NCBI GenBank assembly: GCA_032718475.1
Contig: JAUCBJ010002096.1
Location: 1-64,000 of the forward strand
Length of the DNA stretch: 64,000 nucleotides
DNA from: Nemertoderma westbladi
Taxonomy: Eukaryota > Animalia > Xenacoelomorpha
Direction of reading: 5' to 3'
How positions within the stretch are numbered: the first letter of the stretch is position 1; every line of letters begins with the position of its first letter. The notes beneath the pieces are model-generated. The model saw nothing but the letters and a program-made list of their open reading frames with translations, ran no database searches and was not told the DNA's origin. Position numbers and translations under genes: made by a program. Shown piece after piece: positions 33,950-45,432 of the stretch.

Positions 33950-35627
33950 TATATAATCTGAGGGTCAGAGTGTAGTCACTAAGACATACTCGTAAAAACG
34001 AAAATTACAGCGATGCCCGCATTAAACGAGACCTTCATCAAGTCTATCTCTATTTATTGCGATGTGGCGTGGGTGTCCTTGATGCTTCGAACACCTATAA
34101 TATCTCAGTGTCTATTCTCTACTGGATCATGAAAAAACGGAATATTATTTATGGTTCCATGGTCGAAGTATATCTATTCCTCATCCATGTTGTGATATAT
34201 GAAAGGACCTAGCGGTTGGTACGATGAAACTCTACACTTTTTGTTATACTTGGTTATATTTGTTAAAATTTTAAACAATTGATCCATCAACATTACTATA
34301 CCTTATTTTTTCAAGATTTATTTCGTAGACTTATGAAATGGATAAAATCTTGAAATGAAAAAATATCCTTGAAAGAATCGACCTTGAATGTTGTTACCCC
34401 ATTACCCCATATTGGGACCCCCCCCCCCCCCCCCCCCCTCTTCATAAAGTAATGACATATTTTGCGTTTTATTGGTGCGTAAGGTAGGGGGGGGGGGGGG
34501 GGGGTAGGTGATAGAACCAAAATAGTTAGTTAGTTGTTTATTGACAAATAATAGTAACATAATGTTTAACAATATAATAATATATAACACAATTTGTGTA
34601 AATTATGAGAAAATAATCGTAATCTAGCGAAGGCAAGTAGAAAATTATCTGGTATATAAATTGAAATACACACGTAAACAGGGTGCACTGATACACCTAC
34701 ATTTATTATGTTCGCATAATTCCAGAACTTAGTACATGATTGGGGCCTTCTTAAGATGTATCTTAGTAGAAAGATTTTTACCGATATTGCTATTGAGAAT
34801 ACCATACAACACACAATAGTCAGTCATACGCCATGGCCTACTATATTTTTATACGGCCTAACAGGTCACTTGGAGTGGCCTCTTAAAAAGAGGCCAGATA
34901 TTTTGATAGAGTGCATAACGTTTTCAAGTGCAAGTCCTAACATTTTTTCTGTGAGTCCATAACGAACAATTCCTCAATAAATAAGGTTTGCCACCATATT
35001 TTCTGCTTTTAATTATCAAAGTTAAAAAATTTGATACATCTACCTCGCATTGTGAAAGTTATAACGTATTTCGTTAAACGTTTCAAAATAATTTGTCAAA
35101 ATAAAATTGGGTAATCATTTTTCTTTTGAATTGCATTTATTATGCATCCATTTGCATGTGAGTCCGTAACGGGTACTACAGTATATTTACATGAATCAAA
35201 AGAGATACAACTCTTTTTTTATAAATAAGTAAATATGTACCATTAAATCCATCAGCCACCATCGGTAAATGTTATTTATATTGTAAAGTTAGTAATAAAT
35301 ATGCCAGTTAATTTCGTAAATTGCGTATGGATGTGAGTCCGTAACGATTGAATTGCCCTCCACCGAATTTGGTTGCATAATGTGATCGGTGGGTTTCCTG
35401 CATTTCCTCAGACACCTCTTGCTCTTTAGTCTTTATGTCCATTTAAATTCCTCCAAAATCGTTTTGGGTTAGGTTAGATCGTAGATTCTGAGACAATTAG
35501 AGTTAGCACCCAAGTTCTTCGACAGGAAAATCTTTAGTCTACGTGTTGACCTTTTAGATTCTATAAAATTTTCAGCTATTGGATCAGAGGCATCGCCTCC
35601 TCGACTCATCAAAAGGTTATACAGATT

Positions 35628-36350
35628 CCTATGCGTAGGTGTAGGCATAGGTGTAGGTGTAGGCGTAGCGTTTATGCCGCTTTGGGGTGTAGGCGTAGGC
35701 GTAGGTGTAGGCATAGGTGTAGGCGTAGGTGTAGGTGTGGCGTTTACGCCCCTTTGGGGTGTAGGCATAGGTGTAGGTATAAAGGTATAGGCGTAGGAGT
35801 AGGTGTATGCGTAGGTGTAGGCATAGCGTTTATGCCCCTTTGGGGCGTAGGTGTAGGCATAGGCGTAGGTATACAGGTATAGGTGTAGGCATAGGTGTAG
35901 GCGTAGCGTTTATGCCCCTTTGGGGTGTAGGCATAGGTGTAAGCATAGGCATAGGTGTAGGCATATGTGTAGGCATAGGTGTAGGCGTAGGTGCAGGCGT
36001 AGGTGTAGGCATAGGCATAGGTGTAGGTATACAGGTATATGCGTAGGTGTAGGAGTAGGTGTAGGCATAGGTGTAGGCATAGCGTTTACGCCCCTTTGGG
36101 GTGTAGGCGTAGGTGTAGGCATAGGTGTAGGCGTAGGTATACAGGTATAGGTGTAAGCATAGGTGTAGGCGTAGCGTTTATGCCCCTTTGGGGTGTAGGC
36201 GTAGGTGTAGGCATAGGTGTAGGCGTAGGTGTGGGCATAGGCGTAGGTGTAGGCGTAGGTGTAGGCATAGGTGTAGGCATAGGTGTAGGCGTAGGTGCAG
36301 GCGTAGGTGTAGGCATAGGTGTAGGCATAGCGTTTACACCCGTATACCGG
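35628..36350. repeat. (GTAGGY/ATAGGT)n hexamer minisatellite punctuated by agcgtttatgcccctttgggg
   Basis: Read directly. It generates the PT/GV/RC dipeptide ORFs. Confidence 0.95.
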
Positions 36351-36881
36351 GCATACTAATCCTTGAATTATATTTATATTTATGAGGAAGACAGCTTAGC
36401 ATGGAAAACTAGATACAGTAAAGGGTACATATTATTGGGCTCCGATCCCCTGTGTTCACCCAGATTTTGTGTTGTAGAGAAAGGAAGGGTTAATCCCCAG
36501 TCAATTTGTTTCGGGGGAGTTCTATAATATTGCTCCTGGCCCTAGGGTGTGAAGGTGGTGGGGGGCGCGGCGTGGGTGTTCCAGATTCGCAATATCTACC
36601 CTACAATACATAAAATTATTAAAGGTCTGTTGAAGGTCTGTAAACCTTCAACTGTTCTTCCAACGATGTGTAGTAGGTACTGTAAAAACTGTAAAACTGT
36701 AAAAATTATACTGGCTTACCAACGATATGTAGTAGGTCTATAACTGTAAACTTTTTACTGGCCTACCAACGATATGCAACTGATGGAAGTGTGTTACTTG
36801 TATCGCACATGTACTTATGTAATTCCATAGTGAGATATTGATCGATATAAAATTACGTATGGCTTTCTATGCAATAAATAA

Positions 36882-39085
36882 AATTATTATATTAAATTTA
36901 TTACATATACAAAACAAAACAAAAACCCTATTTAAAATTTAACATGGAACTAGTACAATGACAAGTTGAAACAACAAAAAATTTAAAATTCGTCTGCTAG
37001 CCCAACACCGCGCAGACCCGCCCCATCGCCAAATCCCAGAGCCCGCCAAGACTGACGTCCCCCTCGGAGGCAGAGGGAGTTGGACCGGAGGAGCGCGAAC
37101 TGCAACCGCCGGCGAACACCCCCCAGAACGCACACGAGGCCCCTCTCTCTCATACCATCCCGTCTAGACACAAGTGTCTCGGCGAGATGGCGGATTAAGA
37201 TCTGGGCCTCAACGCACCATACACCATCGGTGGTGCCGACCAGAGGGGTGAACGCCATCCTCCGGTCCTCGCAGACGGTCCGGTAATGCAGCTTCTTTAG
37301 CCGGCAGGGACTGCCGGCAGTAGGGACTCAGTCGAGCGGTTGGTCTGGGCGTAAGAGGTGGCGTCAGCATTTAAAACCGCGATATCGAACGATGCAACTC
37401 TCTGGTTAGCCCAGACCCCCCGCTCGACCAAGTCTGCCCGCCGACCTCCCGACCCTCTCTGTCGAGGTAACCCCGGGACAGGGTCACCTCCCGTTCTACG
37501 TTCGAGTTCCCGAACACGGAAACCAACAGGTCCCTGAAGACCTCCCAAATCTCGTCATGGCATTTAATAATTAAACCGCCAGACTTGCAGCTCAGTGCAT
37601 GGGTGGTGGAGAAATGACCCTCACAACCCTCGCACTTCTCGGGGAGACCTGGCGGGGTGAGGCCATACCGGAGGGACAGGTTGTCCCGGAACTCCTCCGG
37701 ACTGAGGTCAGTGGAGTCGAGGACACTCGGTTGGCAGTCAGCCAGCCCCCGGTCTTATTGAGAACTGCCCGAGTCGCGGTTCGCTGTCGGTCGGCTGGTA
37801 GTGCCCCCAATGCTGCCTCCCGCTTCTCCTTGTAGGCAGAGTCCTGAGACACCCAGCTCTCAGCGAGTACGCTGCGCAGCTTGGCGTTATGGTCTGCCAC
37901 ATGGAGGGGTTGTCCCAAGAGTATTGCATCTCGGACTACTGCCGTCCCCTCCTGGGAAGCTGCGCGCGTCGGTCCATGTCGCATGGTGGGGTCCCGCAGG
38001 CCGATGCCACCATGGCGAGCTGGAAGGAGAACCAGCTCCTCATCAGCCGAACCGAGTAGGCTTCCAAATAGGGTGGGGATGTATCGCCGGAGGAGCGTAG
38101 TCTGGATCGGGGTTACGTCTTCCACGTCTGTGGGGACAACTCGCAGCAGGTAGTCCCACTCTGCCTGTACACAGCGGGACAACCCAGTGTGTGCCGTTTG
38201 GGGGAACTCCGTAGCGACTTCCGCGAGTTTGTTTATGCTGTCCACCCACCCGGAAACCTTCTCATCAACGAACTCCTTGAGACCAGAGTGCTCCCCGATG
38301 TAGCCACCAAGGAATCGGTGTCCATTCACTATGTGGACCAGGCTAGCACCAAACATTGCCTCCGAATCAGCCTCCCACCCCGGCTTGACGATGAGATAGC
38401 TCTTCGTCGGCTCGGGGTTGTATCCGATGCTGGGGCCCACCTGGAGGAGCTCCAACCACCATTCCCAAATCCCAGACAAACTGCCCGCCGAGGAAGTGTC
38501 GTCAGCGTACCAGCATTGGCATTGCGATGGGATGGTGGGTTGTGCTGCCTGGTCGTCGTGGAATGACAGTTCAGGGTCTGGTGACGTCGCCATTGGTTTG
38601 GAACTTGACTCGACGGGTGGCGAAGCGGATCCATCGGGTGGCGGCCCAGATTCAGGGGGTGGCGAACCGGAAACACCTGGTTGCGAACAGGGCTGGATCC
38701 ATGACGAACTGGACTCACCACATGGCGACTGTGTCACAATGGGTGGTGCCAAAACCAACTCGCTTAGTGGCGAACCAAATCCACTACGTGGCGAACCGTA
38801 TTCACTGGGCGTCGGTGAACTGAACTCGCTGAGTGGCTGAGAACCCAACGATAATGCAGGTCGGGGAGAACCGGGTTGGATGGGTTCTTCCGGAGCCGAC
38901 GGGGATTGTACCTCGCGCAACTTCCGGACCATGGGCAGGGTCCCGCAGCCATAGCCCAACATCGCGAGGGTGTCGCCTTGACTCCAACCCTCTTGGCTCC
39001 ACAAGGGGGCGGAGGAACCGGACAGATAAAGGGCGGCGTGCCCATTGTAGGCATTGAAGAGGTACCTCGAGCACCTATGCCAGTA
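36882..39085 (-). mobile_element. 5'-truncated CRE-like non-LTR retrotransposon (RT, zinc knuckle, restriction-like endonuclease)
   Basis: RT motifs SQEGWSQGDTLAM, WYADD, GYNPEPTKS, FLGGYIG, LPARHGGIGL. Downstream frameshifted segments give HALSCKSGG...HDE, RADLVERGVW...FDIAV and FTPLVGTTDGVW. T-rich 3' UTR ending in aataaa/aat repeats. Confidence 0.85.
37592..39085 (-). pseudogene. Open RT/thumb portion of the CRE-like ORF (~500 aa)
   Basis: ORF 37592-39127. The first ~14 residues come from flanking DNA, and the frame breaks after KTGGWLTA. Confidence 0.8.
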
Positions 39086-39149
39086 TAAAATTCCGTATAC
39101 ATAGCCATATATAATAAAGAAATACATTTACAATAATATTTAACTAAAA

Positions 39150-40530
39150 TGTATGTATGTGGAACCTTTGACCCATTTTGTGGAAGCTTTGATCATTGTG
39201 TGGAACCTGTGACCCTGTGAAACCTTTGATCCTGTTGAACCTTTGACCCAGTTCAACCTTTCATCCTATGTAATCATTGACCCTATGGAACTGTTGATTT
39301 TGGACTGTTACCTTAATTGACTTCCTTTCTCAATTGGTAATTAGTTTACTTAATTACGATGCTATGGAACCTTTAACCATGTGGAAAATTTGATCCGTGG
39401 AACCTTTGGCCTGTGGAAAATTTGATCCTGTGGAACCTTTCACGCAGTGGTACCTATGATCCTCTGGAACCTTTCACCCAGTTGAACCTATGATCATGTG
39501 GAAGCTTTCACCCAGTGCAAACCTATGATCCTGTAGAACCTCTCACCCAGTGGAACCTATGATCCTGTGGAACCTTTCACCCAGTGGAACCTATGATCCT
39601 GTGGAACCTTTCACCCAGTGGAACCTATGATCCTGCTGAACCTTTCACACAGTGGACCCTATGATCCTGTGGAACCTTTCACCTAGTGGAACCTATGATC
39701 CTGTGGAACCTTTCACACAGTGGAATCTATGATCCTGTGGAACCTATCACCCAGTGGAACCTATGATCCTGTGGAACCTTTCACCCAGTGGAACCTATGA
39801 TCCTGTTGAACCTTTCACACAGTGGACCCTATGATCCTGTGGAACCTTTCACCTAGTGGAACCTATGATCCTGTGGAACCTTTCACCCAGTGGAACCTAT
39901 GATCCTGTGGAACCTTTCACCCAGTGGAACCTATGATCCTGTGGAACCTTTCACCCAGTGGGACCTATGATCCTGTAGAATCTATGATCCTGTGGAACCT
40001 TTCACCCAGTGGAACCTATGATACTGTGGAACCTTTCACCCAGTGGAACTTATGATCCTGTGGAACCTTTCATCAAGAGGAACCTATGATCCTGTGGAAC
40101 TTTTCACCCAGTGGAACCTATGATCCTGTGGAACCTTTCACCCAGTGGAACCTATGATCCTGTGGAACCTTTAACCCAGTGGAAACTATGATCCTGTGGA
40201 ACCTATGATCCTGTGGAACCTTTCACCCAGAGGAACCCATGATCCTGTGGAACCTTTCATCAAGAGGAACCTATGATCCTGTGGAACCCTTCACCCAGTG
40301 GAACCTATGATCCTCGGGAACCTCTCACCCAGTGGAACCTATGATCCTGTGGAACCTTTCACCCAGAGGAACCTATGATCCTGTGGAACCTTTCACCCAG
40401 TGGAACCTATGATCCTCGGGAACCTCTCACCCAGTGGAACCTATGATCCTGTGGAACCTCTCACCCAGTGGAACCTATGATCCTCTGGAACCTTTCATCC
40501 AATGGAACCTATGATCCTGTGGAACCTTTA
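39150..40530. repeat. 17-bp minisatellite organised as a 34-bp dimer (gtggaacctatgatcct + gtggaacctttcaccca)
   Basis: Read directly. Degenerate at 39150-39500, homogeneous at 39500-40530. Confidence 0.95.
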
Positions 40531-43500
40531 AAATGAAATCCACTAATTTGTATTGTATTCACTATTCACCTCATTTTGTTTATTAGATAGTTTGCGATTT
40601 AATAATTCATCGATTTACAATTTTCATTCTGATACCCTTGGCATCAAATTCCATGCTGAATTCTGGTAACACACAATAACGCGCAAGGGGAATAGAACGG
40701 GTTACTGTGACAAGCTATTCCTATCGAAACAATAAGCAAAAGTTAACAGGATTATATTAAAATTTTTTATTTTTTGCTTCTAAGTGGATTTTTTCCAGTT
40801 TTACTTTGTAGTGTCTAAATGTTTTAAATGTTACAGTTATTGGTAATTTCAATGAAAAACTGCAGAAATAATATTATCGGAAATAATGGAAATAATAAGA
40901 AATAAGTTTTGGAGGTTAGGGATTTCTTTTCAAAATTACTTAGACCATTTCGCGATATCTTTAGCCAAATGGTAAAGTGATTAAAGTTTAAAGTGATGAA
41001 TTTTAGTCAGTCAATATGACAATCGAGTAAGCACCCAAGGCTGCCATACCAGGCAGGCTCTTTACTTAGATAGAAAACGGTCTAAGTTAGTAAAGCACGT
41101 CCATAACAGCTCATTTAAATACCCATTCAGCAACAATCCCTTGAGAATTATAAGTGCAATACTAGTACCTAAATGGGTTTTTAAAATGTGTAATGGTATC
41201 ATGATTTGGTTACAAGGCTCTGAGCAGAGCAATGAAATATAATACATGTCAGTGCGCTTAATGATATGTTAACTTATATAAAATATCTAAATAACTTTCT
41301 CATAGTGTAATGGATTTGAGCCGCTGGCATGGTCACCACTACTGGCACGGTCGCCAATGATTTTACAGAAATTCTAAATTTAAATCACTACTATTTGAAG
41401 CTATGGAGTAAATGTATTTGATTCTATTGTATGTCCTTTGAAACATTTTTACATGTGGGTCGCGATTCATACCATTCATCACTGAATCACAAGCCCCAGT
41501 CGCACAAATTACTCATACTCATTCAAAAAGTGCCTGGAATTCACAAACCTGGTTGAAAAAACCATGCTACTAATGTTCACAACCGTAACCCTATTCACAG
41601 ATTTCAATGATTCACCTAACTTCCGGCTTCATCATCCCAAACAGCAGAAGTCAATTGCTCAAGAATGTCATCCTCGGAGCATATGCTCCATACACTTGCC
41701 GAGGATTGTCGAAGTTAACTGGCAAAATTTCGGTTTTCTTTGAGTTAATCAATTTATCAAAACTAGATTTTGAAAAAATGAGTAAGCACTTCACCGGGGG
41801 TTGAATGCAATGAACCAATAAACTGGGGAACTGCTGGGATTCTTCCAGTGACTTTGAGGGTACTCCTAACGCACCAACATCAGATCAAAAAGGTGCTTGG
41901 CTCTTGGGTCATCGAATTCTGGATTCACTAGCGGGTATTAGCATGACCTCAGCTGGAATAACTTATTCGGGAATCCCATATGCGCTCTAAATATGCTAAA
42001 CATCTGTGATCGAGAGACTGAATCAAAGGCCTATATGAAGTCAACAAAGACAATAATATCCAGATGTCTGTCTTTCTCTGTTGACAACGCTTAAATTATC
42101 TATGATCAAAGAATGCTATGTAGAGTTAACGGTGACAGGACAATATCTCCAACCAGACACTATATAACATTGGAGGTGTCTCATTGCTCCTCCCAAGCTT
42201 GATACTGAACAAAGCTACCTCCGCTTTGCAGGTGATTGTTTTCGCCTTGAGGTGTCTGTGCTCAATCTTGTGCTTTGGCAGCCCCATGGTGAAAATAAAC
42301 ATGGTGGAGAGCCCACGACATCTTGAGACGCCTCTTAAAGGACACTGGCCTTTAAGATGTGGAGAATCTCGCGAAAGTCATGGGTGATAAGGAGTTATGG
42401 TGGCTTAATTTTGTAGATGAAGCGGCATAGTATTCTTAATGCACGCTGCATTGGACCATGTTAATTATGGATTGCATTCCGTATTTACATGTAGCTGTCC
42501 CTCAAAGGGAGAATCCCTGGTGCGATTCATTAGGAATCTATTGTCTATAAATTGAAACAACAGTCGTAAACATGTGATTTTGTCTGAGATTACTTTCGTA
42601 AGGCCTCCAACAGTCACTGCCAGTCAATTTTCAGCAATTATGTTTAATCCTGGATGATAAAGCTGACTTCGCAAAGCTGTGAAATTTTCACTAACAAATT
42701 GATAACCAATTCGCGATGGCACAATTTTGAAAAAGTATAAATATTCTAATCCGTAACATATTACCTCTTTATATCCCATTCCCCCTTTACAAATTCATGC
42801 CCCACCCTTACCTGCCTTCTTGCTATAAATCGTGTGGGTATTACTTATCTGATAGATAGAATATTATGAAAATCGAGGAATAATAATAAGTGTCATTAAA
42901 TCCATTATCCTCACAACTCACATAGCACAGTTACGAAAATTAATTTAGTCCAATGTTCTACTGACAAGTCCATTGTTTCTGAGCCTAGTGAGGTCATAGA
43001 TCGCTTAGTGGAGTGGGTGGGAAGATGGATCGGTTTGTAACTAACATTGTTTAGAGGTTCGTTTTGACACATGTGTGCATGCATGAATGCATCCTAGAGT
43101 AGGGAGTGATCGTTTTGATGGTTTTCGTCGCGCCAATGGTTGACCTTATATAAATAATCGCAAAGCACAATGAGGTAATTTGGTATTGATTATATATATT
43201 GTTATCAATAGTCATTATTTATTATTAATTATTAATATATATTCATATAAACAGTAACATGATGATGAAAAAATAAGAGTTTTTTTTGTAATCAAATAAA
43301 GCTTTCAAGAATGTGGTATGTTTTAACTAGAGATTGTAAATATTATAGGAACTAATGGTCTGAGATGGCTAGGGATATTCTCAAAGTGAAACCAAGGCAG
43401 CTTTATTTAATTTAACCCTCACAATAACTAGGTTTCTATTACATCGTCGTCTGAGATATTGTTGTCTTTGCTGTTTTCTGGAAGGGGTTTTTAAAGTGCG

Positions 43501-45432
43501 TCTTGAGTTCAATATCGCTCAATGACGAATGATCAATGATGATCGTTCAATTGATCGACTTTGGAAGCGAATTTATGGCTTAACTTTCCTTTCCAGTCTA
43601 TTATGGATTACCAGATTTATTTCGGATCATTGCTGTTTAAAATAATATTTTTTCTTATCGGGATATTTTGGTTGAGCACCTTTTTTATTGTACTACAATC
43701 GGCAGTCATTCCCTTACTATTTGTTCAAGGTGCATTAGGTTTACGAAATGAGGCGGGGATGGCACAATGTGTAGTACTGTGGTCTGGTAGGGTTGTTCAC
43801 CACATCAATTATTGGCGGATAATATGAAATGTTATTTTGATTGTACAAATATTTTTTATTTTTGATGTTAAAAAAAATTACTTTTTATGTCGGCAATCAT
43901 AAGTACTGTCAGTTCCATACTAACAATGATATAGTGTAATGTTTTTAACATAATGTTATACAAAGCAATTCTCTCCTATCGTTATCAAGGTCCTGTCCAG
44001 TTCATAGAAAGGGCAATTATATTTCCCCCAGTGTTTTTATGATTATATTTTAGTTCTATTTTTTTCACAATTAATTAGTAATTCTTAATTAATATTTGTG
44101 AATGTACCCATTAACAGTCAAAAGCCCCACCATAGTGTTGTGTTTAATCCTGCATTCGTATTCCTTGGCATATCAGACTCCCGAGATAGTGGGTGTGAGC
44201 CCTGCGAGAAGGTGCAGGGACGGCCTCAAAGGTTCTATACTGGGCTAATGTCTGCCAAACGAGTAGCAGTGTATTTTATGAATTTTAGTTCTGGGAGGAC
44301 TGCACTGCAAATAGGTCGTGAGTCTGTTGAGGTTGAAGTCCCTGCTGAAATAGAGGACGGGTAATCAACCTTTAGTTTTTTAGGAAAGCCCCTCCATCGG
44401 ATAGTCAAATATCGTAAAGATTTATTTATCCAAAAGTTCCAATATCCACAGGGTTATTGAGTTAACTCTAACAATTGATGTCAGACCTTCTTATTCCTTG
44501 AGTTTCCTGTCCCAATGTAAAAACCATACATACTCTGAGTCGGTGCTTGATTGGATGCATTGCGCACTTCTTTGTTCTATAATGCATGACTTGATCTGAA
44601 TGCAAATGTGTTGATCTAATTTCAGATTTGCATAAAATTATAGAATCTTGGAAAAGCCAATTAACTAATCAATATCCACTCCTTCTGGAGTTGTTAATCT
44701 TTCATCACCCTCTAACTGCAAGGAGGTCCCTGTTTGATCTGTGTCCGAGCCAATTACAACTTTGTAATTGGTACATTGATATGATAACCTACCTTCTCAG
44801 GTCATGAAATAAGTGTTGGGTAGTGAGAGTATTTCATAGAGAGTGAAAGTGGCAGCTACATAGTCCACAGTTAAATTGACTGTAGTCCAGTCAATTTAAG
44901 CAAAAATAGGGTGCAACCGAAAATTAATTCGTAAATCATCCGAACCAATTTTCATTCTACTACTATAATCAGCCTACTGCATTGTAACTACGCATTGATG
45001 TCGGCTTATATATATATATATTTTTTTTATTGACAACGATTTAATAACAATGATGCCGCACACCAGCAAATCAGTCAAAATAAACGCGGTCGTATTCCAG
45101 CTTATACATATACATGTTATAATCCTATTGTAAATTCCTAAGGCTAAATATGAAACACTGATAAAGTAAGTAAACATTTAAACGGTATATAAGTAATAGA
45201 TTCATCAGGCAATGGTATATAAATATATAAGATTGAGTAAATAAATTGGCTACATGATACAATTGATCTGGTCTAACTAAACACGGTGCAATGTAGTAGA
45301 GTGTAAATGGAACTAACTATATGTTAACGAATTGATGGGAAAAAAAAGAAAACTAGATGAGTAAGACTAAACTTACACTGAAGAGTCAAATGCAACACAT
45401 ATACTTAAGCTATATATACACTATATATACTA

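Noticed and set aside
35469-36385. PT-, GV- and RC-rich proteins
   Set aside because: They are translations of a hexamer minisatellite.
41560-42640. Possible decayed transposase or LINE coding remnant
   Set aside because: The composition looks coding-like, but I could not recover any diagnostic motif.
43561-43827. Hydrophobic ORF as an additional GPCR exon
   Set aside because: It lies upstream of the ATG exon, has no class A motifs, and is explained by T-rich sequence.
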